From NCBI GenBank assembly GCA_045541355.1, contig JAZQIW010000071.1, positions 7,795 through 71,794 on the forward strand: a DNA stretch of 64,000 nucleotides, read 5' to 3'. The stretch's first letter is position 1; each line of letters begins with the position of its first letter. Shown here piece by piece: positions 29,026-39,067 of this stretch. This DNA comes from Eubacteriales bacterium. Lineage in GTDB: Bacteria; Bacillota; Clostridia; Oscillospirales; CAG-382. The notes under the pieces were generated by a model. The model had not been told where the DNA came from, did not search any database, and saw nothing but the letters and a program-made list of their open reading frames with translations. Made by a program: the position numbers and the translations under genes.

Positions 29026-32000
29026 ATGCAGAAACCTTTTTTGGAGTTGTTTCATAAATATGAGCCTTCCGATGGTGAAAGAAATGTTATTTCAACAATA
29101 ACCGGGTATTCGGCAAAGGCGGATAAAGAGGCAAGAATTATATCCTGTGACGTAGCTTTTCAGGGCTATGTCCCTTTCTCTGTGCTCTTAAATATAGAGA
29201 ATAATATAGCAAAGGCATATGACCTTTCAAGAATGGAAATACATCCAAGCTTTAATAATTTGCAGTTTGATGTTTGCTATATTGAACACGTTTTCATTGA
29301 GCTTTCGAGAAGAAGTGCTGCATCCAACGGATTTTTCTCGGGTGCGTTTATAGAAAAGCTTAACGGCTCCGAGGTTTCCGAGGATGCCGATACAGTATTC
29401 ATTTCACTTCAAAACGGCGGTAAAAGCCTTCTTGTCAGCGGCGGCGCAGATGAGATGATTTCCGATATTATCGAGGAAATGTTCGGCGAGAGAAAGAGGG
29501 TGGAGTTCTGTGGAATAACAGAGCTTTCCTATGATGACCTTGCAGGAATAGACTCACTTCCCGAAATACATATTCCCGTGCCGGAGGATGTAAAGGAGGC
29601 AGAGCTTGAGCGAAAGGCTGCCTCTACCATGAATTCCGTCAGCGCAAGGGATAATAAGCAGGCATTTGCCGAGGTCGATGTGGAAAACGCGGTAGTTGTC
29701 AGCGGAAACATGACCTTTGATATATCCGAAATCGAAAATCTGTACAGTACCGTTAAGGATATTAATGTAATACCCATAAGAAATGCAAACCTTGATGCAG
29801 GAAGCTTTACGGTTTGCGGAGAGGTTTTCGGCTATGAAAAGAAGCTTACAAAAAAGCAGGATAAATGTATAGTAAACTTTTATATAACCGATAATGATGC
29901 ATCAGCCGTCGTAAAAATGTTCTATCCCGTTGAAAAGGATGCGGAATACGGTAAGATTTCCGACGGAAAATGTATAATAATGAAGGCAAAGGCACAGGTG
30001 GATAAGTTTGACGGAAACCTTTGTCTGAGTCCTTTGGCAATAGGGCTTGTAAAAAGAATCAAAAAAACAGATACGGCAGAGGAAAAGAGGGTGGAGCTTC
30101 ACCTTCATACCATGCTTTCCACCATGGATAGTGTTTTTTCCTGCAGCGATGTTATTAAAACCGCCGTCAGATACGGACATAAGGCTGTTGCCATAACCGA
30201 CCACGGTAATGTTCAGGCATTCCCCGAAATACTTGCGGCAAAGCGTAAGCAAAAGGCGGATATCAAGGTGCTTTACGGAATCGAAAGCTATTTTGTGGAT
30301 GATACGGCAAAGGCGGTTTTCGGTGAGAGGGATGCGGACTTTTCAAAGGATAGATTCTGCGTCTTTGATATAGAAACAACAGGTCTTTCGGCAAAGGAAT
30401 GTAAAATAACGGAAATAGGTGCGGTAATATATTGCGGCTCAGAGATTGTAGATACCTTTGAAAGCTTTGTAAATCCTCATGAAAAGCTGACACAGCAGAT
30501 ATCTGAGCTTACTGGAATAACCGACGATATGCTTGCGGATGCACCTGATATTGAAGAGGTTCTTCCAAGGTTTCTTGAGTTTTCTGAGGATTGTATATAT
30601 GTTGCCCATAACGCAACCTTTGATATCGGCTTTATTTCAAAGGCAGCAGAGGATATGGGAATTGATTTCAGACCTACATATATTGATACAGTATCCGTTT
30701 CAAGATACGTGAACGGCGACCTTAAGAAGCATACCCTTGACGCTGTCGGAAAGTATTTCGGACTTGGTGACTTCAATCATCATAGAGCCTTTGAGGATGC
30801 TCATATGCTGGCGCTTATTTTTGCAAAGCTTGTAGAAAAGCTTGATACAGAGGGTATTTCAACATTAAGCCGAATGGCAGAGACCATGAGCGGCAGCTGT
30901 GACCCCAAGAAAATAAAAAGCTATCATCAGATTATACTGGTTAAGAACCTGACGGGTCTTAAGAATCTGTATAAGCTTGTTTCTTACTCGTATCTTGATT
31001 ATTACCATAGACACCCGAGAATACCGAAAACAGTGCTTGAACAGCATAGAGACGGCCTTATAATAGGCTCTGCGTGTGAAGCCGGCGAATTGTATCAGGC
31101 AGTTCTCGGAGGAAAGCCCTGGGCAGACCTTTGCGAGATTGCAAAGTTCTATGATTATCTTGAAATACAACCCCTTGGAAATAATCAGTTTATGATTGAT
31201 AAAGGGATTGTTCAGGGTAAGGAATCGCTTATTGAAATTAATAAAACAATAATAAAGCTTGGTGATGAGCTTGGTATACCCGTTGTTGCGACGGGTGATG
31301 TACACTTCAATGAGCCGGGAGATGAAATCTTCAGACAGATTCTCCTTGCGGGACAGAAGTTTGCGGATGCCGATAAGCATATTCCTCTTTATTATAGGAC
31401 AACCGAGGAAATGCTCTCTGAGTTTGATTATCTTGAACCCGAAAAGGCATATGAATTGGTTGTCACCAATACAAATAAAATCGCGGATATGATAGAGGAT
31501 ATTCTGCCTATCCCCGATGGCTCATTTACCCCTCATCTTGACGGGGCAGAGGAGGAGCTTACATCAAATTGCTATAAATATGCCCATGAGCTTTACGGCG
31601 ATCCGCTTCCCGAAATTGTTGAAACAAGACTGAAACGCGAGCTTGATTCAATTATAAGTAACGGCTTTGCCGTGCTTTATGTAATTGCAAGACGTCTGGT
31701 AAAGTATAGCGAGGAAAACGGATACCTTGTCGGCTCAAGAGGCTCTGTCGGCTCGTCTTTTGCCGCAACAATGGGCGGTATCTCCGAGGTTAACCCTCTT
31801 TCACCCCATTACAGATGTGCAAACTGTAAATACTCGGAATTTATAACAGACGGCTCTGTCGGCTCAGGCTTTGACCTTCCACCAAAACCCTGCCCGAAAT
31901 GCGGTACCGAAATGATGGGTGACGGACATGAAATCCCCTTTGAAACCTTTCTTGGCTTCCATGGCGATAAGTCGCCCGATATTGACCTTAATTTCTCTGG

Positions 32001-33513
32001 CGATGTTCAGGGAAAGGTTCATAAGTATACCGAAGAGTTGTTTGGTGCCGAAAACGTCTTCCGCGCAGGGACTCTCGGAACCGTTGCCGATAAGAATGCA
32101 TACGGTTATGTTAAAAAGTATCTTGAAGAAAGGGGACTTACACTCAATAAGGCAGAGGAACAACGCCTTACCAATGGATGCGTCGGCGTCAAGAAAACAA
32201 CCGGACAGCACCCGGGAGGCATCATAGTTGTTCCAAAGGAATATGAGGTTTATGACTTTACCCCCATTCAGCATCCTGCCGATGACCCCAACAGTAATAT
32301 CGTTTCAACTCACTTTGCCTTCAAGTTCCTGCATGATACCATTTTAAAGCTTGATGAGCTCGGACACGATGTGCCTACAAAATATAAAATGATGGAACGC
32401 TTTACGGGGCTTAATGTGCTTGAACTGCCCATGTATGACCCTGAGGTTATGGAGCTTTTCATTTCCACAAAGTCTCTCGGAGTAAACCCTGAGGATATAG
32501 GAAGTAATGTCGGAACCTTCGGACTTCCCGAATTCGGTACAAAGTTTGTACGCCAGATGATAGAGGACTCAAAGCCTCAGAACTTCTCAGACCTTCTTCA
32601 GATTTCGGGACTTTCCCACGGTACAGACGTATGGCTTGGAAATGCACAGGATCTCATAAAAGACGGAACCTGTACCATTTCAAATGTTATTGCAACGAGA
32701 GATAATATCATGGTGCGCCTTATTCAGTACGGACTGGAAAACGGAACGGCATTCAAAATCATGGAGGACGTACGAAAGGGTAAGGGACTCAAGCCCGAGT
32801 ATATTGAAACCATGAAGGAGCACGGTGTTCCCGATTGGTATATCGATTCCTGCCAAAAAATCAAATATATGTTCCCCAAGGCTCATGCTGCGGCATATGT
32901 AATGTCGGCACTGAGACTCGGCTGGTTCAAGGTACATAGACCGTTGGAGTTTTATGCGGCGTTCCTGTCGGTAGCTCCGGGAGGCTTTGATGCCGAAATA
33001 TGCTGTAAGGGAAAACAGGCGGTGTCAGATTTTATTGATGAAACGGAAAAGAAGATAAAGGATAAGACAGCGTCTCCCAAGGATGCCGATATGATACCCG
33101 TTCTTCAAATGGTAAATGAGGCATATGCAAGGGGTATAAAGTTTTTAAAGCCAAGCCTTGCAAAATCTCACGCATCATGGTTTTTGCCTGAAGACGGGGC
33201 AATAAGATGTCCGTTCAGCTCAATGGGCGGACTTGGCGAAGCAGCGGCACAGTCGATTTACGAGGCGTGCAGTAAGGAGGAAATCCTGTCTGTTGAGGAT
33301 TTGCGAATGAAGGCGGAAATATCAAAGGCTGTTGTTGAGATTATGAGAAAGAACGGCGTTTTTGATGATATTTCTGAGACCAATCAGCTTGATTTGTTTG
33401 GCTCTGTTGCATCAAATGCACCTGTTGCCGAAACTAAAAAGGAAGTTAAAAAGGCGGCAAAGCCTGCCTCCTCCGACAGCGATGATAATGATGAACAAAT
33501 CAGCTTGTTCTAA
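29026..33513 (+). CDS. polC: DNA polymerase III PolC-type (PHP + 3'-5' exonuclease + polymerase core)
   Basis: 1495 aa. ELHLHT PHP motif, exonuclease motif FDIETTG and H..FD, zinc-finger CxxC...CPKC, and QLDLF clamp motif near the end. Confidence 0.95.
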   Translation: MQKPFLELFHKYEPSDGERNVISTITGYSAKADKEARIISCDVAFQGYVPFSVLLNIENNIAKAYDLSRMEIHPSFNNLQFDVCYIEHVFIELSRRSAASNGFFSGAFIEKLNGSEVSEDADTVFISLQNGGKSLLVSGGADEMISDIIEEMFGERKRVEFCGITELSYDDLAGIDSLPEIHIPVPEDVKEAELERKAASTMNSVSARDNKQAFAEVDVENAVVVSGNMTFDISEIENLYSTVKDINVIPIRNANLDAGSFTVCGEVFGYEKKLTKKQDKCIVNFYITDNDASAVVKMFYPVEKDAEYGKISDGKCIIMKAKAQVDKFDGNLCLSPLAIGLVKRIKKTDTAEEKRVELHLHTMLSTMDSVFSCSDVIKTAVRYGHKAVAITDHGNVQAFPEILAAKRKQKADIKVLYGIESYFVDDTAKAVFGERDADFSKDRFCVFDIETTGLSAKECKITEIGAVIYCGSEIVDTFESFVNPHEKLTQQISELTGITDDMLADAPDIEEVLPRFLEFSEDCIYVAHNATFDIGFISKAAEDMGIDFRPTYIDTVSVSRYVNGDLKKHTLDAVGKYFGLGDFNHHRAFEDAHMLALIFAKLVEKLDTEGISTLSRMAETMSGSCDPKKIKSYHQIILVKNLTGLKNLYKLVSYSYLDYYHRHPRIPKTVLEQHRDGLIIGSACEAGELYQAVLGGKPWADLCEIAKFYDYLEIQPLGNNQFMIDKGIVQGKESLIEINKTIIKLGDELGIPVVATGDVHFNEPGDEIFRQILLAGQKFADADKHIPLYYRTTEEMLSEFDYLEPEKAYELVVTNTNKIADMIEDILPIPDGSFTPHLDGAEEELTSNCYKYAHELYGDPLPEIVETRLKRELDSIISNGFAVLYVIARRLVKYSEENGYLVGSRGSVGSSFAATMGGISEVNPLSPHYRCANCKYSEFITDGSVGSGFDLPPKPCPKCGTEMMGDGHEIPFETFLGFHGDKSPDIDLNFSGDVQGKVHKYTEELFGAENVFRAGTLGTVADKNAYGYVKKYLEERGLTLNKAEEQRLTNGCVGVKKTTGQHPGGIIVVPKEYEVYDFTPIQHPADDPNSNIVSTHFAFKFLHDTILKLDELGHDVPTKYKMMERFTGLNVLELPMYDPEVMELFISTKSLGVNPEDIGSNVGTFGLPEFGTKFVRQMIEDSKPQNFSDLLQISGLSHGTDVWLGNAQDLIKDGTCTISNVIATRDNIMVRLIQYGLENGTAFKIMEDVRKGKGLKPEYIETMKEHGVPDWYIDSCQKIKYMFPKAHAAAYVMSALRLGWFKVHRPLEFYAAFLSVAPGGFDAEICCKGKQAVSDFIDETEKKIKDKTASPKDADMIPVLQMVNEAYARGIKFLKPSLAKSHASWFLPEDGAIRCPFSSMGGLGEAAAQSIYEACSKEEILSVEDLRMKAEISKAVVEIMRKNGVFDDISETNQLDLFGSVASNAPVAETKKEVKKAAKPASSDSDDNDEQISLF

Positions 33514-33522
33514 ATAAAAACT

Positions 33523-33554
33523 AAGGCACTCTGCTTTTGGCAGAGTGCCTTTTA
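33523..33554. terminator. bidirectional rho-independent terminator
   Basis: aaggcactctgc-tttt-ggcagagtgcctt stem flanked by A-run and T-run. Confidence 0.8.
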
Positions 33555-33575
33555 TGTGTTAAAGCGTTTTTTGAA

Positions 33576-35009
33576 TCAGTTGAAGAAGGAATTTTCGCTG
33601 TGGGTGCTGACCGATAGGACAAGTCCCGTTGCTATAAAACAGCTGAGAACAGAAGAGCCGCCGTAGCTGAGGAAGGGATAAGTTATACCGATAACAGGCA
33701 TTACTCCAAGACACATTCCGACGTTTTCTACAACCTGAATCATAAGCATGGAAGCAACACCTACGCATATGTAGCAACCTGTTGTATTTCCGCAGGAGAG
33801 TGCAATTTTGAATACACGGTATATCATAAAGCAGGTAAGAGCAAGAATGATTAACGCACCGATAAGCCCGAATTCCTCACAGATTGTTGAAAATATCATG
33901 TCTGTATGCTTTGCGGGAAGATGGTCGTCAATTCCTTGAGTAACCGTTCCGTTGGTGTAGCCTGTGCCGAATATGCCGCCGTTGCCGATAGCTGTCTGGC
34001 TTCTAAGCTGCTGATACCTGATTCCGACACCGAGCGGGTCTATTGATTCGTCAAAGCAGAGCATAATTCTGTTTCTCTGATACTCACTTAAGTGAGCCCA
34101 TATAAAAGGAGATACACATAAAAGAAAAGCACCGCCTGCAACATAGTACCAAATGCTTATTCCTGCAGCAAAGCACATACATATAAAGATGCAAAGGAAA
34201 ATGGTGAGTGAGCCGAGGTCGCGCTGGAGAAGTACAAGCGAAAAGATGATAAGTGCATGAATGCCGAGCGTTAAAACTGTGGAGAACTTGTGCATTCTGT
34301 CGCGTACCTGTGATAGATGCACGGCAAAGCTGTAAATAAATAAAAGCTTTGCAAACTCCGACGGCTGAATTTTTATAAAACCAAGGTCAATCCAGTTGGC
34401 GTTGGTGGACTCTGTTACGCTGCTTCCGAAAATATATGTTATAAGTAATAGAGCAGCATTTATGGCAATTATGTACCTGTATTGCGATGCAAGTGAGCGA
34501 TAGTCTATAACCGAAAGCAACAGAGAAACACCGATGCCGAGGATTATGGCAAAGCATTGAATTATAACAAACTTAGCTGACTCAAAGGAAAGCGCCGCAC
34601 TGTGAACGGCAAAAACACCGCATAATGCAAGCAGTAAAACCGAGATTGAAAAGGGAATATCAATTGCCGCAAGATGTGTTTTGACGGTGGAAACCAACCA
34701 CATTTTCTTTTTTTCAATGGGGTCCTTGGGGGCTGTGGGAATCGGGGGAGCCGCCTTGAAGGTAAGATCCCTGACGGCGTGCCGTCGCCTCTTGGGTGCA
34801 GAAACGGCGCCTCGCCTTTCGGCTTCAATTGGTGTCAGAAGTCTGCCGGTGTTGGAGGTGTCAACACTTGATGCGGTCATGATGCTGATGTGAAGCTCGT
34901 CGGAAAAGGATTTTCGCGTTATGCTTGAGCTTTTCGCCTCGGAATTCTTGCCCTTGTAATTCTTTATAACCTTAACAGTGTTCTTTTTGATTGTATACTT
35001 CCTCTGCAA
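33576..35009 (-). CDS. SEDS family peptidoglycan glycosyltransferase (FtsW/RodA/SpoVE) with a basic N-terminal extension of about 115 aa
   Basis: AAAGGAGGG then TTG at 35009. About 10 TM core with conserved C-terminal LPVIGITYPFLSYGGSS motif. An alternative internal ATG at 34703 has no RBS. Confidence 0.8.
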   Translation of the reverse strand: MQRKYTIKKNTVKVIKNYKGKNSEAKSSSITRKSFSDELHISIMTASSVDTSNTGRLLTPIEAERRGAVSAPKRRRHAVRDLTFKAAPPIPTAPKDPIEKKKMWLVSTVKTHLAAIDIPFSISVLLLALCGVFAVHSAALSFESAKFVIIQCFAIILGIGVSLLLSVIDYRSLASQYRYIIAINAALLLITYIFGSSVTESTNANWIDLGFIKIQPSEFAKLLFIYSFAVHLSQVRDRMHKFSTVLTLGIHALIIFSLVLLQRDLGSLTIFLCIFICMCFAAGISIWYYVAGGAFLLCVSPFIWAHLSEYQRNRIMLCFDESIDPLGVGIRYQQLRSQTAIGNGGIFGTGYTNGTVTQGIDDHLPAKHTDMIFSTICEEFGLIGALIILALTCFMIYRVFKIALSCGNTTGCYICVGVASMLMIQVVENVGMCLGVMPVIGITYPFLSYGGSSVLSCFIATGLVLSVSTHSENSFFN

Positions 35010-35145
35010 TGTCGACCCTCCTTTCAAAAACATATAAATATTATACAACCAATTTTGAAATAAGTAAATATCAAAATATAAATTTTATATATTGTCCTTG
35101 CAAATGTCATAACTTGTTGATATAATTTTTTTAGAGGTGAAATAC

Positions 35146-35802
35146 ATGAGTGAATATATAAATGAAGGCGCAGATATTTTCAATGAAGAACCGCAAAAGA
35201 AACAGCATATTGTAATAAGAATACTTAAATGGATAGGCGTTGGCATAATACTTCTGATTGTTGTGCTTCTTTTTTATCGCTGTGTTACAAGCATGGATCA
35301 TGGCATAACAAAAAAAGTGCTTGTCAACCAAAAATTCGTTGATGAATATAGTGGTAACCCCGATACATTTACCGTGGAAAAATACGGTATGCAGTCACCT
35401 TGGGTGCAGATTCGTCAGGGTAGACTTATAGAATTTAATCACCTTTATTTTGTTCCCATGACAAACCAGCTTCAGTTCTCGATGAAATGGAATCAAGACC
35501 TTCCTCAGTGTGAATATGAGGGCTTTCCTTTTGAAATCTTCCTTGTGGATGATGAGGGAAATGAATACGGTGACTATTGGTTTGAGCTCGCAAGCCGCGA
35601 AAGATACCGCTATGCAAGAATATGCTTTGAAAATGTGGAAATCAGAAAAAATGAGCTTGATGAGAACGGTAATAATATTCGCCGCCCCTTTGTCCTCGTT
35701 ATAAAAATGATTAAACAGGACGGCTCGTTTGAGGAAATCTGTAAATTTGATCTCTATGACGGCAGTAATGTCTATCGTAATGTTGATTTTAGCGTTGAAT
35801 AG
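35146..35802 (+). CDS. hypothetical single-pass membrane protein
   Basis: agaggtga RBS then ATG at 35146. One TM WIGVGIILLIVVLLF. Family unknown. Confidence 0.55.
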   Translation: MSEYINEGADIFNEEPQKKQHIVIRILKWIGVGIILLIVVLLFYRCVTSMDHGITKKVLVNQKFVDEYSGNPDTFTVEKYGMQSPWVQIRQGRLIEFNHLYFVPMTNQLQFSMKWNQDLPQCEYEGFPFEIFLVDDEGNEYGDYWFELASRERYRYARICFENVEIRKNELDENGNNIRRPFVLVIKMIKQDGSFEEICKFDLYDGSNVYRNVDFSVE

Positions 35803-35924
35803 TCAGTTGAAAAGTGAAAGACTTTTCCACCTTTTCTTTGGAAAAAGAAAAGGCTAACAAGAAGAAACCGTAATAGCACCGCTTCTGTAAGGGTGCTTTC
35901 CGAATAAAAATACTCGATTAAGAG

Positions 35925-35960
35925 CTTCGCCGATGTCTTAGGCTGACATCGGCGAATTTT
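35925..35960 (+). terminator. rho-independent terminator
   Basis: ttcgccgatgtc-ttaggc-tgacatcggcgaa followed by TTTT. Confidence 0.75.
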
Positions 35961-36123
35961 AATTAATAATGTATTCCCCGACTGCTTGAATTAATGGCGG
36001 TCGGGGAAGGCTGTAATTGAGAAAATCACATTAAAAATTTGTTTTATAAAGGAATGTTCTTGCTTTAATTTGTTTTTTTGGGCTTTTTTTAAGAAAAAGC
36101 GAAAAATAATCGTCGTAGAAAAA

Positions 36124-38493
36124 CTAAATAACCCTGATGACACAGGCAGAGGCATCATCGGTTCTTCCGCCGATATTCTTTGCACGTTCAATAAGTTCAC
36201 CGGCAAGAAGGGCGGGGTCGCTTGATGAGTCAAGGCGAATAAGCTCAGAGAGCCAGCGAGCATCGCTGTCTGATGTAATAACGCCGTCTGAAACCATAAT
36301 AATTACATCGCCCTTTTCGAGGGAAAAGCGGGTGCTTTCTGCACTGAATGAGGGGATTATACCGACCGGAGGGGTTTCCGAGGCTATTTTATAGAGGCGG
36401 GAATTTCTGAGAACAAAAGATGGCGCGGCACCTGCCTTTATGAAGTAGGCACTTGCATTAAGCTTGTCTACTTCGAGTAAATCAACGGTTGAAAAGGTCT
36501 CGTCGCTTTTTGATAAAAGCAGATTGTTGAGCATTTCAAGACAGACGTTTTTTGCAGTACCCGCACAGAGTAGCTTTTCAAGAAAAATGCAGGTAAGACG
36601 GGATGTTGCCGCCGCCACTTTTCCGCAGCCCATCCCATCTGCGATAATAGAATAAAAGTACCCCTTGTCTGTGTCAAAAAAGCTGACGGTATCACCGCTG
36701 ACTGTACCCTCTTGCTTTGAAATACAGCACTGGGCATACTCCAGCGAAAGAATATCGCCTCTTGTAAATTTCATTATCATGTCAGCACTGTCCGAGATGT
36801 CAAAGGCTGGCTCTGAAATTTTCATATTGCATTCCTTTGAGAGATATGAAGACAGCTCAGAGGAGGTACATGGAATTTTGTCGGCGGCGATTCCGTGAAT
36901 GAAAATCTCCTTGTTTCTTGTTCCAAGTACCTCGGCATATGAAAACTCAACGCCGATTTTTTTAAGAGCCGTTCCGATGAGCTTTTCAAGGCGAGCATCG
37001 CGCAGGCTGTTTTCCTTGTCAGTTTTTGACGTTGCTTTGATCAGATGTGACATGGAGTTGTAAAGATTTGCAACCGTGCCTGTTCTGTTAGCCTTCATTG
37101 TAAGGAAGCATAGCTCGCTGTAATGCTCTGATATGTATTTGTAAAGCTCAGAAGACTTTATGCACTTATCAAGAAGCATTTTTGACAGGTCGTTTTCTTC
37201 AAACCTACCCTCACTGAGTAAAGTAATCACTCTGCTTCTTACAGCCCTAAGGTTGCACTCTTTTTTTGCGTAGCAGAAAGAACTCAAGGAACATGAGGCA
37301 CAGGTGTCTCTGAAGGCATTGTCGAAAATGTCGCCTGTTTCTGCACTTGATGGATTTTTTAAGTGATTGGAAAGCTTGAAGAGGATGGAGGATAAACCCG
37401 ATAAAGACTCAGAAACTCTGTCAAACTCATCCTTTCCGGATGTGGCTTGCCTTGAAGAAATTCGAGCTTTTGATAAGCTTCTTTTGGATTTGAATAGCCT
37501 TGCTGCTTTGTCGCCGAATAATAAAAAAAATAGGCTTGCTGCGCAGGAATATGGGAGAAATTCGGATAGAGCAGAAAAGCCGAATAGATATGAGGCTATA
37601 AAGAAAACCGAAAGGGAAAAGCAGGAAAGACTGATAAATACGCTTTTGGTAAAGAGAAAACCCGATATAAGTCCCGCGACACCAAGCGGCGCACTTGATA
37701 GTGGATTTGAGCAGGCAAACCCGAGGATAAATCCCGCTACACAGCCATAAACAGGGCCTCTTGCCCTCGAAAAGCAAAGGGTGAGAAAGCAGGTGTAAAT
37801 CAGGGCAAAATCAATTCCGAAAAGATTAACGCGGCAGATGGCAGGAACGGTGCAGAGGGTGATTGCGTATAAGGATAAAAGGCGGTAGCTTTCAGAAAAT
37901 CCGTTTTCCTTGCCGCATAAAACGGGATAGAATAAATACGTGCAGCTTACCGATAGACAGACGTAGGTAAGAAAGGAAAACACCTCGTCGGCAGAGATTG
38001 TTTTTGTAAAAAGACTGCAAGCACCAATAAATAAGGAAACGGTAAAGGCGGTGATAATTCTGATTTGCGGTTTTTCGGAAAAGCTGCCGGACGTCAGGTT
38101 TTTTCGTGTGAAGTAAAGAAGAAAAAAAGTAATGAACTCAATTATGGCACCCGTTCCCGAAAATAGACAGGAGATGGCAGAGCCTATGTAAAATAAAAGC
38201 GCACGGGAAGCATCTGCACAGCATAGTGCACCGAGGGCAAAGGGGGAGAGAAGTCCGGATGGACGAGAAAGACCTAAAAGCAGGGAAAGAAATATGCTTT
38301 CAAACGCCTTTATAAATGAAGAGGAATGCTTTTGCGCCGCTTCCTTTACCTGTCGGTCATAGGGACATAAGCACCTGAAAATAACGGAACCGAGACACCT
38401 TAGATTTGAACGAATTCTCCCGAGTATGTTGCCGTAAATACTGCTTTTTGATTTTTTTGTAAAAATTGAATTGTTTTGTTGGTTGTACTGCAT
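36124..38493 (-). CDS. spoIIE: stage II sporulation protein E (polytopic membrane PP2C phosphatase)
   Basis: About 10 N-terminal TM segments. C-terminal PP2C motifs SGDT..F, IADGMGCG and MVSDGV. Start placed at ATG 38493 (MQYNQQ) after gaaggga. Confidence 0.85.
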   Translation of the reverse strand: MQYNQQNNSIFTKKSKSSIYGNILGRIRSNLRCLGSVIFRCLCPYDRQVKEAAQKHSSSFIKAFESIFLSLLLGLSRPSGLLSPFALGALCCADASRALLFYIGSAISCLFSGTGAIIEFITFFLLYFTRKNLTSGSFSEKPQIRIITAFTVSLFIGACSLFTKTISADEVFSFLTYVCLSVSCTYLFYPVLCGKENGFSESYRLLSLYAITLCTVPAICRVNLFGIDFALIYTCFLTLCFSRARGPVYGCVAGFILGFACSNPLSSAPLGVAGLISGFLFTKSVFISLSCFSLSVFFIASYLFGFSALSEFLPYSCAASLFFLLFGDKAARLFKSKRSLSKARISSRQATSGKDEFDRVSESLSGLSSILFKLSNHLKNPSSAETGDIFDNAFRDTCASCSLSSFCYAKKECNLRAVRSRVITLLSEGRFEENDLSKMLLDKCIKSSELYKYISEHYSELCFLTMKANRTGTVANLYNSMSHLIKATSKTDKENSLRDARLEKLIGTALKKIGVEFSYAEVLGTRNKEIFIHGIAADKIPCTSSELSSYLSKECNMKISEPAFDISDSADMIMKFTRGDILSLEYAQCCISKQEGTVSGDTVSFFDTDKGYFYSIIADGMGCGKVAAATSRLTCIFLEKLLCAGTAKNVCLEMLNNLLLSKSDETFSTVDLLEVDKLNASAYFIKAGAAPSFVLRNSRLYKIASETPPVGIIPSFSAESTRFSLEKGDVIIMVSDGVITSDSDARWLSELIRLDSSSDPALLAGELIERAKNIGGRTDDASACVIRVI

Positions 38494-38534
38494 TTTTTGT
38501 TTCCCTTCTCTTGAAAAGTCCTTGTCTTTGTTAT

Positions 38535-38568
38535 ATAATAACACTGTAAGCAAAAAATATTTGTCGAA
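38535..38568 (-). promoter_or_regulatory. candidate Spo0A-dependent spoIIE promoter with a 0A box overlapping a -35-like hexamer and a 21-nt spacer
   Basis: Minus strand reads TTCGACA (complement of the 0A-box consensus TGNCGAA, 38562-38568), 21 nt, TATTAT (38540-38535). Confidence 0.4.
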
Positions 38569-38720
38569 GTAGAGTAAGGACAAAAAATGTTTGTAAATAA
38601 GGCTTTTTGATGTTCACAAAATATTTTCAAATAAATTGAAATAAATATTGCTTTTGCAAATATTTTATGCTATAATGCTAAAGTACGATAAAAACGACAG
38701 TTGATAAGGAGTGAAAATAA

Positions 38721-38921
38721 ATGAAGCAGGGAATCCATCCTGAATACGTTGAAGCAACGGTAAGGTGCGCTTGCGGTGAAACATTCACAACTCGTTCCAC
38801 AAAGTCCGAGCTCAGAGTTGATATCTGTTCCAAGTGCCATCCTTTCTTCACAGGTAAGCAGAAGTTCGTAGATGCAGGCGGACGTGTTGACAAGTTCAAG
38901 AAGAAGTTTAATCTTGACTAA
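38721..38921 (+). CDS. rpmE: 50S ribosomal protein L31 (Zn-binding C+ form)
   Basis: [10 protein letters not shown]-terminus with CxC...CSKCHPF cysteines. 66 aa. Confidence 0.95.
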   Translation: MKQGIHPEYVEATVRCACGETFTTRSTKSELRVDICSKCHPFFTGKQKFVDAGGRVDKFKKKFNLD

Positions 38922-38934
38922 TCAAAAAACATTT

Positions 38935-38960
38935 AAAGACGGTTATTGCCGTCTTTTTTT
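38935..38960 (+). terminator. rho-independent terminator
   Basis: aaagacgg-ttattg-ccgtcttt followed by a T-run. Confidence 0.8.
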
Positions 38961-39067
38961 GTTATTTATAATAAACTGACATCAAGTGACAGATTTTGCA
39001 AAAACGGGATGCTATAATACCCTTGCCGTAAAAAAATGGTAAAAAACAAAAAAGAGATGATATACTA

